Shown here: positions 30,001 through 45,000 of the stretch, in pieces
Numbering within the stretch: position 1 is the first letter of the stretch
Layout of the letters: the number at the start of each line of letters is the position of its first letter
Assembly (NCBI RefSeq): GCF_964355755.1
Contig: NC_092675.1
Span: forward strand, 13,424,812-13,488,811
Direction: 5' to 3'
Length of the DNA stretch: 64,000 nt
DNA from: Antedon mediterranea
Taxonomy: Eukaryota > Animalia > Echinodermata
Notes under the pieces: generated by a model
Databases searched by the model: none
Told to the model about the DNA's origin: nothing
The model's input: only the letters and a program-made list of their open reading frames with translations
Program-made: the position numbers and the translations under genes

Positions 30001-33000
30001 GCATTTAGATAAAATTTTTCACACAAAACACCAAAGTGCTTAGAATAGCTTTAAATCGCATTTGGAGACGGTTTAGACCATTTTGTGATTTTGAAAAAAC
30101 TTGTTAACATAAAAACACCAAAGTGCTTAGAATAGCTTCAAATCGTATTTGGAGACGTTTTAGACCATTTTGAGATTTTCGAAAAAACTTGGTTACACAA
30201 AAACATCAAAGTGCTTAAAATCACATTATAAACCGTTTTAGACCATTTTGAACATTTCGATAACACTTTTCACACAAAAACATCAAAGAGCACAAAATAG
30301 CTTAATATCGTATTTAAAAACGTTTTAGACCATTTTGAGCATTTCGACAAAACTTTTTCACACAAAACACCAAAGTGCTTAGAATAGCTTCAAATCGCAT
30401 TTGGAGACGTTTTAGACCAATTTGTGCATTTCGATGAAACTTGATTACACAAAAACATCAACGTGCTTAAAATCACATTATAAACCGTTTTAGACCATTT
30501 TGAGCATTTCGATAACACTTTTCACACAAAAACATCAAAGAGCACAAAATAGCTTAATATCGTATTTAAAAACGTTTTAGACCATTTTGAGCATTTAGAC
30601 AAAACTTTTTCACACAAAACACCAAAGTGCTTAGAATAGCTTCAAATCGCATTTGGAGACGTTTTAGACCATTTTGTGCATTTCGATGAAACTTGGTTAC
30701 ACAAAAACATCAAAGTGCTTAAAATCACATTATAAATCGTTTTAGACCATTTTGAGCATTTCGACAAAACTTTTTCACACAAAATACCAAAGGGCTTAGA
30801 ATAGCTTCAAATCGCATTTGGAGACGTTTTAGACCATTTTGTGATTTTCGAAAAAACTTTTTAACATAAAAAGACCAAAGTGCTTAGAATAGCTTCAAAT
30901 CACATTTGGAGACGTTTTAGACCATTTTGTGATTTTCGAAAAAACTTGTTAACATAAAAACACGAAAGTGCTTAGAATAGCTTCAAATCGCATTTGGAAA
31001 CGTTTTAGACCATTTTGTGATTTTCGAAAAATATTGTTAACATAAAAACACCAAAGTGCTTAGAATCACATTATAAACCGTTTTAGACCATTTTGAGCAT
31101 TTCGATAACAATTTTCACACAAAAACATCAAAGAGCACAAAATAGCTTAATATCGTATTTAAAAATGTTTTAGACCATTTTGAGCATTTAGATAAAACTT
31201 TTTCACACAAAACACCAAAGTGCTTAGAATAGCTTCAAATCGCATTTGGAAACGTTTTAGACCATTTTGTGATTTTCGAAAAAAATTGTTAACATAAAAA
31301 CACCAAAGTGTTTAGAATAGCTTCAAATCGCATTTGGAGACGTTTTAGACCAATTTGTGATTTTCGAAAAAACTTATCAACATAAAAACACCAAAGGGTT
31401 TAGAATAGCTTCAAATCGCATTTGGAGACGTTTTAGACCATTTTGTGATTTTCGAAAAAACTTGTTAACATAAAAACACGAAAGTGCTTAGAATAGCTTC
31501 AAATCGCATTTGGAAACGTTTTAGACCATTTTGTGATTTTCGAAAAAACTTGTTAACATAAAAACATGAAAGTGCTTAGAATAGCTTCAAATCGTATTTG
31601 GAGACGTTTTAGACCATTTTGTGATTTTCGAAAAAACTTGTTAACATAAAAACACCAATGTGCTTAGAATAGCTTCAAATCGCATTTTGAGACGTTTTAG
31701 ACCATTTTGTGCATTTCGATGAAACTTGGTTACACAAAAACATCAAAGTGCTTAAAATCACATTATAAACCATTTTAGACCATTTTGAGCATTTCGATAA
31801 CACTTTTCACACAAAAACATCAAAGAGCACAAAATAGCTTAATATCGTATTTAAAAACGTTTTAGACCATTTTGAGCATTTCGACAAAACTTTTTCACAC
31901 AAAACACCAAAGTGCTTAGAATAGCTTCAAATCGCATTTGGAGACGTTTTAGACCATTTTGTGATTTTCGAAAAAACTTGTTAACATAAAAACATCAAAG
32001 TGTACAGAATAACTTCAAATCGCATTTGGAGACCGTTTTAGGCCAATTTGTGATTTTCGAAAAAACTTGTTAACCTAAAAATACCAAAGTGTTTAGAATA
32101 GCTTCAAATCGCATTTGGAGACGTTTTAGAACATTTTGTGATTTTCGAAAAAACTTGTTAACATAAAAACACCAAAGTGCTTCAAATCGCATTTGGAGAC
32201 ATTTTAGACCAATTTGTGATTTTTTAAAAAACTTGTTAACATAAAAACACCAAAGTGCTTACAATAGCTTCAAATCGTATTTGGAGACGTTTTAGACCAT
32301 TTTGTGATTTTCGAAAAAACTTGTTAACATAAAAACACCAAAGTACTTAGAATAGCTTCAAATCGCATTTGGAGACGTTTTAGACCATTTTATGCATTTC
32401 GATGAAACTTGGTTACACAAAAACATCAAAGTGCTTAAAATCACATTATAATCCGTTTTAGACCATTTTGAGCATTTCGATAACACTTTTCACACAAAAA
32501 CATCAAAGAGCACAAAATAGCTTAATATCGTATTTAAAAACTTTTTAGACCATTTTGAGCATTTCGACAAAACTTTTTCACACAAAACACCAAAGTGCTT
32601 AGAATAGCTTCAAATCGCATTTGGAGACGTTTTAGACCATTTTGTGATTTTCGAAAAAAATTGTTAACATAAAAACACCAAAGTGCTTAGAATAGCTTCA
32701 AATCGTATTTGGAGACGTTTTAGACCATTTTGAGATTTTCGAAAAAACTTGGTTACACAAAAACATCAAAGTGCTTAAAATCACATTATAAACCGTTTTA
32801 GACCATTTTGTGCATTTCGATAACACTTTTCACACAAAAACATCAAAGAGCACAAAATAGCTTAATATCGTATTTAAAAACGTTTTAGACCATTTTGAGC
32901 ATTTCGACAAAACTTTTTCACACAAAACACCAAAGTGCTTAGAATAGCTTCAAATCGCATTTGGAGACGTTTTAGACCAATTTGTGCATTTCGATGAAAC

Positions 33001-36000
33001 TTGATTACACAAAAACATCAACGTGCTTAAAATCACATTATAAACCGTTTTAGACCATTTTGAGCATTTCGATAACACTTTTCACACAAAAACATCAAAG
33101 AGCACAAAATAGCTTAATATCGTATTTAAAAACGTTTTAGACCATTTTGAGCATTTAGACAAAACTTTTTCACACAAAACACCAAAGTGCTTAGAATAGC
33201 TTCAAATCGCATTTGGAGACGTTTTAGACCATTTTGTGCATTTCGATGAAACTTGGTTACACAAAAACATCAAAGTGCTTAAAATCACATTATAAATCGT
33301 TTTAGACCATTTTGAGCATTTCGACAAAACTTTTTCACACCAAATACCAAAGGACTTAGAATAGCTTCAAATCGCATTTGGAGACGTTTTAGACCATTTT
33401 GTGATTTTCGAAAAAACTTTTTAACATAAAAACACCAAAGTGCTTAGAATAGCTTCAAATCACATTTGGAGACGTTTTAGACCATAAGTGCTTAGAATCA
33501 CATTATAAACCGTTTTAGACCATTTTGAGCATTTCGATAACAATTTTCACACAAAAACATCAAAGAGCACAAAATAGCTTAATATCGTATTTAAAAATGT
33601 TTTAGACCATTTTGAGCATTTAGATAAAACTTTTTCACACAAAACACCAAAGTGCTTAGAATAGCTTCAAATCGCATTTGGAGACGTTTTAGACCATTTT
33701 GTGATTTTTGAAAAAACTTGTTAACATAAAAATACCAAAGTGCTTAGAATAGCTTCAAATCACATTTGGAGATGTTTTAGACCATTTTGTGATTTTTGAA
33801 AAAACTTGTTAACATAAAAACACCAAAGTGCTTAGAATAGCTTCAAATCACATTTGGAGACGTTTTAGACCATTTTGTGATTTTCGAAAAAACTTGTTAA
33901 CATAAAAACACGAAAGTGCTTAGAATAGCTTCAAATCGCATTTGGAAACGTTTTAGACCATTTTGTGATTTTCAAAAAAGATTGTTAACATAAAAACACC
34001 AAAGTGCTTAGAATCACAATATAAACCGTTTTAGACCATTTTGAGCATTTCGATAACAATTTTCACACAAAAACATCAAAGAGCACAAAATAGCTTAATA
34101 TCGTATTTAAAAATGTTTTAGACCATTTTGAGCATTTAGATAAAACTTTTTCACACAAAACACCAAAGTGCTTAGAATAGCTTCAAATCGCATTTGGAGA
34201 CGGTTTAGACCATTTTGTGATTTTGAAAAAACTTGTTAACATAAAAACACCAAAGTGCTTAGAATAGCTTCAAATCGTATTTGGAGACGTTTTAGACCAT
34301 TTTGAGATTTTCGAAAAAACTTGGTTACACAAAAACATCAAAGTGCTTAAAATCACATTATAAACCGTTTTAGACCATTTTGAACATTTCGATAACACTT
34401 TTCACACAAAAACATCAAAGAGCACAAAATAGCTTAATATCGTATTTAAAAACGTTTTAGACCATTTTGAGCATTTCGACAAAACTTTTTCACACAAAAC
34501 ACCAAAGTGCTTAGAATAGCTTCAAATCGCATTTGGAGACGTTTTAGACCAATTTGTGCATTTCGATGAAACTTGATTACACAAAAACATCAACGTGCTT
34601 AAAATCACATTATAAACCGTTTTAGACCATTTTGAGCATTTCGATAACACTTTTCACACAAAAACATCAAAGAGCACAAAATAGCTTAATATCGTATTTA
34701 AAAACGTTTTAGACCATTTTGAGCATTTAGACAAAACTTTTTCACACAAAACACCAAAGTGCTTAGAATAGCTTCAAATCGCATTTGGAGACGTTTTAGA
34801 CCATTTTGTGCATTTCGATGAAACTTGGTTACACAAAAACATCAAAGTGCTTAAAATCACATTATAAATCGTTTTAGACCATTTTGAGCATTTCGACAAA
34901 ACTTTTTCACACCAAATACCAAAGGGCTTAGAATAGCTTCAAATCGCATTTGGAGACGTTTTAGACCATTTTGTGATTTTCGAAAAAACTTTTTAACATA
35001 AAAACACCAAAGTGCTTAGAATAGCTTCAAATCACATTTGGAGACGTTTTAGACCATTTTGTGATTTTCGAAAAAACTTGTTAACATAAAAACACGAAAG
35101 TGCTTAGAATAGTTTCAAATCGCATTTGGAAACGTTTTAGACCATTTTGTGATTTTCGAAAAAAATTGTTAACATAAAAACACCAAAGTGCTTAGAATCA
35201 CATTATAAACCGTTTTAGACCATTTTGAGCATTTCGATAACAATTTTCACACAAAAACATCAAAGAGCACAAAATAGCTTAATATCGTATTTAAAAATGT
35301 TTTAGACCATTTTGAGCATTTAGATAAAACTTTTTCACACAAAACACCAAAGTGCTTAGAATAGCTTCAAATCGCATTTGGAGACCTTTTAGACCATTTT
35401 GTGATTTTTGAAAAAACTTGTTAACATAAAAACACCAAAGTGCTTAGAATAGCTTCAAATCACATTTGGAGACGTTTTAGACCATTTTGTGATTTTCGAA
35501 AAAACTTGTTAACATAAAAACACGAAAGTGCTTAGAATAGCTTCAAATCGCATTTGGAAACGTTTTAGACCATTTTGTGATTTTCGAAAAAACTTGTTAA
35601 CATAAAAACACGAAAGTGCTTAGAATAGCTTCAAATCGCATTTGGAAACGTTTTAGACCATTTTGTGATTTTCGAAAAAAATTGTTAACATAAAAACACC
35701 AAAGTGTTTAGAATAGCTTCAAATCGCATTTGGAGACGTTTTAGACCAATTTGTGATTTTCGAAAAAACTTATCAACATAAAAACACCAAAGGGATTAGA
35801 ATAGCTTCAAATCGCATTTGGAGACGTTTTAGACCATTTTGTGATTTTGAAAAAACTTGTTAACATAAAAACACCAAAGTGCTTAGAATAGCTTCAAATC
35901 GCATTTGGAGACGTTTTAGACCATTTTGTGATTTTCGAAAAAACTTGTTAACATAAAAACACCAAAGTGCTTAGAATAGCTTCAAATCGTATTTGGAGAC

Positions 36001-39000
36001 GTTTTAGACTATTTTGAGATTTTCGAAAAAACTTGGTTACACAAAAACATCAAAGTGCTTAAAATCACATTATAAACCGTTTTAGACCATTTTGAGCATT
36101 TCGATAACACTTTTCACACAAAAACATCAAAGAGCACAAAATAGCTTAATATCGTATTTAAAAACGTTTTAGACCATTTTGAGCAATTCGACAAAACTTT
36201 TTCACACAAAACACCAAAGTGCTTAGAATAGCTTCAAATCGCATTTGGAGACGTTTTAGACCAATTTGTGCATTTCGATGAAACTTGATTACACAAAAAC
36301 ATCAAAGTGCTTAAAATCACATTATAAACCGTTTTTGACCATTTTGAGCATTTCGATAACACTTTTCACACAAAAACATCAAAGAGCACAAAATAGCTTA
36401 ATATCGTATTTAAAAACGTTTTAGACCATTTTGAGCATTTAGACAAAACTTTTTCACACAAAACACCAAAGTGCTTAGAATAGCTTCAAATCGCATTTGG
36501 AGACGTTTTAGACCATTTTGTGCATTTCGATGAAACTTGGTTACACAAAAACATCAAAGTGCTTAAAATCACATTATAAATCGTTTTAGACCATTTTGAG
36601 CATTTCGACAAAACTTTTTCACACAAAATACCAAAGTGCTTAGAATAGCTTTAAATCGCATTTGGAGACGTTTTAGACCATTTTGTGATTTTCGAAAAAA
36701 CTTTTTAACATAAAAACACCAAAGTGCTTAGAATAGCTTCAAATCACATTTGGAGACGTTTTAGACCATAAGTGCTTAGAATCACATTATAAACCGTTTT
36801 AGACCATTTTGAGCATTTCGATAACAATTTTCACACAAAAACATCAAAGAGCACAAAATAGCTTAATATCGTATTTAAAAATGTTTTAGACCATTTTGAG
36901 CATTTAGATAAAACTTTTTCACACAAAACACCAAAGTGCTTAGAATAGCTTCAAATCGCATTTGGAGACGTTTTAGACCATTTTGTGATTTTTGAAAAAA
37001 CTTGTTAACATAAAAACACCAAAGTGCTTAGAATAGCTTCAAATCACATTTGGAGATGTTTTAGACCATTTTGTGATTTTTGAAAAAACTTGTTAACATA
37101 AAAACACGAAAGTGCTTAGAATAGCTTCAAATCACATTTGGAGACGTTTTAGACCATTTTGTGATTTTCGAAAAAACTTGTTAACATAAAAACACGAAAG
37201 TGCTTAGAATAGCTTCAAATCGCATTTGGAAACGTTTTAGACCATTTTGTGATTTTCGAAAAAGATTGTTAACATAAAAACACCAATGTGCTTAGAATCA
37301 CATTATAAACCGTTTTAGACCATTTTGAGCATTTCGATAACAATTTTCACACAAAAACATCAAAGAGCACAAAATAGCTTAATATCGTATTTATAAATGT
37401 TTTAGACCATTTTGAGCATTTCGACAAAACTTTTTCACACAAAACACCAAAGTGCTTAGAATAGCTTCAAATCGCATTTGGAGACGTTTTAGACCATTTT
37501 GTGATTTTTGAAAAAACTTGTTAACATAAAAACACCAAAGTGCTTAGAATAGCTTCAAATCACATTTGGAGATGTTTTAGACCATTTTGAGCATTTCGAC
37601 AAAACTTTTTCACACAAAACACCAAAGTGCTTAGAATAGCTTCAAATCGCATTTGGAGACGTTTTAGACCATTTTGTGATTTTCGAAAAAAACTTGTTAA
37701 CATAAAAACACCAAAGTGCTTAGAATAGCTTCAAATCGCATTTGGAGACGTTTTAGACCATTTTGTGATTTTCGAAAAAAATTGTTAACATAAAAACACC
37801 AAAGTGCTTAGAATCACATTATAAACCGTTTTAGACCATTTTGAGCATTTCGATAACAATTTTCACACAAAAACATCAAAGAGCACAAAATAGCTTAATA
37901 TCGTATTTAAAAATGTTTTAGACCATTTTAAGCATTTAGACAAAACTTTTTCACACAAAACACCAAAGTGTTTAGAATAGCTTCAAATCGCATTTGGAGA
38001 CGTTTTAGACCATTTTGTGATTTTCGAAAAAACTTGGTTACACAAAAACATCAAAGTGCTTAAAATCACATTATAAACCGTTTTAGACCATTTTGAGCAT
38101 TTCGATAACAATTTTCACACAAAAACATCAAAGAGCACAAATTAGCTTAATATCGTATTTAAAAATGTTTTAGACCATTTTAAGCATTTAGACAAAACTT
38201 TTTCACACAAAACACCAAAGTGTTTAGAATAGCTTCAAATCGCATTTGGAGACGTTTTAGACCATTTTGTGATTTTCGAAAAAAACTTGGTTACACAAAA
38301 ACATCAAAGTGCTTAAAATCACATTATAAACCGTTTTAGACCATTTTGAGCATTTCTATAACACTTTTCGCACAAAAACATCAAAGAGCACAAAATAGCT
38401 TAATATCGTATTTAAAAACGTTTTAGACCATTTTGAGCATTTCGACAAAACTTTTTCACACAAAACACCAAAGTGCTTAGAATAGCTTCAAATCGCATTT
38501 GGAGACGTTTTAGACCAATTTGTGCATTTCGATGAAACTTGGTTACACAAAAACATCAAAGTGCTTAAAATCACATTATAAACCGTTTTAGACCATTTTG
38601 AGCATTTCGATAACACTTTTCACACAAAATCATCAAAGAGCACAAAATAGCTTAATATCGTATTTGAAGACGTTTTAGACCATTTTGTGATTTTCGAAAA
38701 AACTTTTTAACATAAAAACATCAAAGTGTACAGAATAGCTTCAAGTCGCATTTGGAGACGTTTTAGACCAATTTGTGATTTTCGAAAAAACTTATTAACA
38801 TAAAAATACCAAAGTGTTTAGAATAGCTTAAAATCGCATTTGGAGACGTTTTAGACGATTTTGTGATTTTCGAAAAAACTTGTTTTCACATAAAAACACC
38901 AAAGTGCTTAGAATAGCTTCAAATCGCATTTGGAGACGTTTTAGACCATTTTGTGATTTTCGAAAAAACTTGTTAACATAAAAACACTAAAGTGCTTAGA

Positions 39001-42000
39001 ATAGCTTCAAATCGCATTTGGAGACGTTTTAGACCGTTTTGTGCATTTCGATGAAACTTGGTAACACAAAAACATCAAAGTGCTTAAAATCACATTATAA
39101 ATCATTTTGGACCATTTTGAGCATTTCGACAAAACTTTTTCACACAAAACAACAAAGTGCTTAGAATAGCTTCAAATCGCATTTGGAGACGTTTTAGACC
39201 ATTTTGTGATTTTCGAAAAAAACTTGTTAACATAAAAACACCAAAGTGCTTAGAATAGCTTCAAATCGCATTTGGAGACGTTTTAGACCATTTTGTGATT
39301 TTCGAAAAAACTTGTTAACATAAAAACACTAAAGTGCTTAGAATAGCTTCAAATCGCATTTGGAGACGTTTTAGAACATTTTGTGATTTTCGAAAAAAAT
39401 TGTTAACATAAAAACACCAAAGTGCTTAGAATCACATTATAAACCGTTTTAGACCATTTTGAGCATTTCGATAACAATTTTCACACAAAAACATCAAAGA
39501 GCACAAAATAGCTTAATATCGTATTTAAAAATGTTTTAGACCATTTTAAGCATTTAGACAAAACTTTTTCACACAAAACACCAAAGTGTTTAGAATAGCT
39601 TCAAATCGCATTTGGAGACGTTTTAGACCATTTTGTGATTTTCGAAAAAACTTGGTTACACAAAAACATCAAAGTGCTTAAAATCACATTATAAACCGTT
39701 TTAGACCATTTTGAGCATTTCTATAACACTTTTCGCAAAAAAACATCAAAGAGCACAAAATAGCTTAATATCGTATTTAAAAACGTTTTAGACCATTTTG
39801 AGCATTTCGACAAAACTTTTTCACACAAAACACCAAAGTGCTTAGAATAGCTTCAAATCGGATTTGGAGACGTTTTAGACCAATTTGTGCATTTCGATGA
39901 AACTTGGTTACACAAAAACATCAAAGTGCTTAAAATCACATTATAAACCGTTTTAGACCATTTTGAGCATTTCGATAACACTTTTCACACAAAATCATCA
40001 AAGAGCACAAAATAGCTTAATATCGTATTTAAAAACGTTTTAGACCATTTTGAGCATTTAGACAAAACTTTTTCACACAAAACACCAAAGTGTTTAGAAT
40101 AGCTTAAAATCGCATTTGGAGACGTTTTAGACCATTTTGAGCATTTAGACAAAACTTTTTCACACAAAACACCAAAGTTCTTAGAATAGCTTCAAATCGC
40201 ATTTGAAGACGTTTTAGACCATTTTGTGATTTTCGAAAAAACTTGTTAACATAAAAACACCAAAGTGCTTAGAATAGCTTCAAATCGTATTTGGAGACGT
40301 TTTAGACCATTTTGAGATTTTCGAAAAAACTTGGTTACACAAAAACATCAAAGTGCTTAAAATCACATTATAATCCGTTTTAGACCATTTTGAGCATTTC
40401 GATAACACTTTTCACACAAAATCATCAAAGAGCACAAAATAGCTTAATATCGTATTTAAAAACGTTTTAGACCATTTTGAGCATTTAGACAACACTTTTT
40501 CACACAAAACACCAAAGTGTTTAGAATAGCTTAAAATCGCATTTGGAGACGTTTTAGACCATTTTGTGATTTTCGAAAAAAATTGTTAACATAAAAACAC
40601 CAAAGTGCTTAGAATAGCTTAAAATCGCATTTGGAGACGTTTTAGACCATTTTGTGCATTTCGATGAAACTTGGTTACACAAAAACATCAAAGTGCTTAA
40701 AATCACATTATAAATCGTTTTAGACCATTTTGAGCATTTCGACAAAACTTTTTCACACAAAATACCAAAGTGCTTAGAATAGCTTCAAATCGCATTTGGA
40801 GACGTTTTAGACCATTTTGTGATTTTTGAAAAAACTTGTTAACATAAAAACACAAAAGTGCTTAGAATAGCTTCAAATCACATTTGGAGACGTTTTAGAC
40901 CATTTTGTGATTTTCGAAAAAACTTGTTAACATAAAAACACGAAAGTGCTTAGAATAGCTTCAAATCGCATTTGGAAACGTTTTAGACCATTTTGTGATT
41001 TTCGAAAAAACTTGTTAACATAAAAACATGAAAGTGCTTAGAATAGCTTCAAATCGTATTTGGAGACGTTTTAGACCATTTTGTGATTTTCGAAAAAACT
41101 TGTTAACATAAAAACACCAATGTGCTTAGAAAAGCTTCAAATCGCATTTTGAGACGTTTTAGACCATTTTGTGCATTTCGATGAAACTTGGTTACACAAA
41201 AACATCAAAGTGCTTAAAATCACATTATAAACCATTTTAGACCATTTTGAGCATTTCGATAACACTTTTCACACAAAAACATCAAAGAGCACAAAATAGC
41301 TTAATATCGTATTTAAAAACGTTTTAGACCATTTTGAGCATTTCGACAAAACTTTTTCACACAAAACACCAAAGTGCTTAGAATAGCTTCAAATCGCATT
41401 TGGAGACGTTTTAGACCATTTTGTGATTTTCGAAAAAACTTGTTAACATAAAAACATCAAAGTGTACAGAATAACTTCAAATCGCATTTGGAGACCGTTT
41501 TAGGCCAATTTGTGATTTTCGAAAAAACTTGTTAACCTAAAAACACCAAAGTGTTTAGAATAGCTTCAAATCGCATTTGGAGACGTTTTAGACCATTTTG
41601 TGATTTTCGAAAAAACTTGTTAACATAAAAACACCAAAGTGCTTCAAATCGCCTTTGGAGACATTTTAGACCAATTTGTGATTTTTGAAAAAACTTGTTA
41701 ACATAAAAACACCAAAGTGCATACAATAGCTTCAAATCGTATTTGGAGACGTTTTAGACCATTTTGTGATTTTCGAAAAAACGTGTTAACATAAAAACAC
41801 CAAAGTACTTAGAATAGCTTCAAATCGCATTTGGAGACGTTTTAGACCATTTTATGCATTTCGATGAAACTTGGTTACACAAAAACATCAATGTGCTTAA
41901 AATCACATTATAATCCGTTTTAGACCATTTTGAGCATTTCGATAACACTTTTCACACAAAAACATCAAAGAGCACAAAATAGCTTAATATCGTATTTAAA

Positions 42001-45000
42001 AACGTTTTAGACCATTTTGAGCATTTAGACAAAACTTTTTCACACAAAACACCAAAGTGTTTAGAATAGCTTCAAATCGCATTTGGAGACGTTTTAGACC
42101 ATTTTGTGATTTTCGAAAAAACTTGTTAACATAAAAACACCAAAGTGCTTCAAATCGCATTTGAGACATTTTAGACCAATTTGTGATTTTTGAAAAAACT
42201 TGTTAACATAAAAACACCAAAGTGCTTACAATAGCTTCAAATCGTATTTGGAGACGTTTTAGACCATTTTGTGATTTTCGAAAAAACTTGTTAACATAAA
42301 AACACCAAAGTACTTAGAATAGCTTCAAATCGCATTTGGAGACGTTTTAGACCATTTTATGCATTTCGATGAAACTTGGTTACACAAAAACATCAAAGTG
42401 CTTAAAATCACATTATAATCCGTTTTAGACCATTTTGAGCATTTCGATAACACTTTTCACACAAAAACATCAAAGAGCACAAAATAGCTTAATATCGTAT
42501 TTAAAAACTTTTTAGACCATTTTGAGCATTTCGACAAAACTTTTTCACACAAAACACCAAAGTGCTTAGAATAGCTTCAAATCGCATTTGGAGACGTTTT
42601 AGACCATTTTGTGATTTTCGAAAAAAATTGTTAACATAAAAACATCAAAGTGTACAGAATAGCTTCAAATCGCATTTGGAGACCGTTTTAGGCCAATTTG
42701 TGATTTTCGAAAAAACTTGTTAACCTAAAAATACCAAAGTGTTTAGAATAGCTTCAAATCGCATTTGGAGACGTTTTAGACCATTTTGTGATTTTCGAAA
42801 AAACTTGTTAACATAAAAACACCAAAGTGCTTAGAATAGCTTCAAATCACATTTGGAGACGTTTTAGACCATAAGTGCTTAGAATCACATTATAAACCGT
42901 TTTAGACCATTTTGAGCATTTCGATAACAATTTTCACACAAAAACATCAAAGAGCACAAAATAGCCTAATATCGTATTTAAAAATGTTTTAGACCATTTT
43001 GAGCATTTAGATAAAACTTTTTCACACAAAACACCAAAGTGCTTAGAATAGCTTCAAATCGCATTTGGAGACGTTTTAGACCATTTTGTGATTTTTGAAA
43101 AAACTTGTTAACATAAAAACACCAAAGTGCTTAGAATAGCTTCAAATCACATTTGGAGACGTTTTAGACCATTTTGTGATTTTCGAAAAAACTTGTTAAC
43201 ATAAAAACACGAAAGTGCTTAGAATAGCTTCAAATCGCATTTGGAAACGTTTTAGACCATTTAGTGATTTTCGAAAAAACTTGTTAACATAAAAACACGA
43301 AAGTGCTTAGAATAGCTTCAAATCGCATTTGGAAACGTTTTAGACCATTTTGTGATTTTCGAAAAAAATTGTTAACATAAAAACACCAAAGTGTTTAGAA
43401 TAGCTTCAAATCGCATTTGGAGACGTTTTAGACCAATTTGTGATTTTCGAAAAAACTTATCAACATAAAAACACCAAAGGGTTTAGAATAGCTTCAAATC
43501 GCATTTGGAGACGTTTTAGACCATTTTGTGATTTTCGAAAAAACTTGTTAACATAAAAACACGAAAGTGCTTAGAATAGCTTCAAATCGCATTTGGAAAC
43601 GTTTTAGACCATTTTGTGATTTTCGAAAAAACTTGTTAACATAAAAACATGAAAGTGCTTAGAATAGCTTCAAATCGTATTTGGAGACGTTTTAGACCAT
43701 TTTGTGATTTTCGAAAAAACTTGTTAACATAAAAACACCAATGTGCTTAGAATAGCTTCAAATCGCATTTTGAGACGTTTTAGACCATTTTGTGCATTTC
43801 GATGAAACTTGGTTACACAAAAACATCAAAGTGCTTAAAATCACATTATAAACCATTTTAGACCATTTTGAGCATTTCGATAACACTTTTCACACAAAAA
43901 CATCAAAGAGCACAAAATAGCTTAATATCGTATTTAAAAACGTTTTAGACCATTTTGAGCATTTCGACAAAACTTTTTCACACAAAACACCAAAGTGCTT
44001 AGAATAGCTTCAAATCGCATTTGGAGACGTTTTAGACCATTTTGTGATTTTCGAAAAAACTTGTTAACATAAAAACATCAAAGTGTACAGAATAACTTCA
44101 AATCGCATTTGGAGACCGTTTTAGGCCAATTTGTGATTTTCGAAAAAACTTGTTAACCTAAAAATATCAAAGTGTTTAGAATAGCTTCAAATCGCATTTG
44201 GAGACGTTTTAGACCATTTTGTGATTTTCGAAAAAACTTGTTAACATAAAAACACCAAAGTGCTTCAAATCGCATTTGGAGACATTTTAGACCAATTTGT
44301 GATTTTTGAAAAAACTTGTTAACATAAAAACACCAAAGTGCTTAATATAGCTTCAAATCGTATTTGGAGACGTTTTAGACCATTTTGTGATTTTCGAAAA
44401 AACTTGTTAACATAAAAACACCAAAGTACTTAGAATAGCTTCAAATCGCATTTGGAGACGTTTTAGACCATTTTATGCATTTCGATGAAACTTGGTTACA
44501 CAAAAACATCAATGTGCTTAAAATCACATTATAATCCGTTTTAGACCATTTTGAGCATTTCGATAACACTTTTCACACAAAAACATCAAAGAGCACAAAA
44601 TAGCTTAATATCGTATTTAAAAACTTTTTAAACCATTTTGAGCATTTCGACAAAACTTTTTCACACAAAACACCAAAGTGCTTAGAATAGCTTCAAATCG
44701 CATTTGGAGACGTTTTAGACCAATTTGTGATTTTTGAAAAAACTTGTTAACATAAAATCACCAAAGTGCTTAGAATAGCTTCAAATCGCATTTGGAGACG
44801 TTTTAGACCATTTTGTGATTTTCGAAAAAAATTGTTAACATAAAAACATCAAAGTGTACAGAATAGCTTCAAATCGCATTTGGAGACCGTTTTAGGCCAA
44901 TTTGTGATTTTCGAAAAAACTTGTTAACCTAAAAATACCAAAGTGTTTAGAATAGCTTCAAATCGCATTTGGAGACGTTTTAGACCATTTTGTGATTTTC

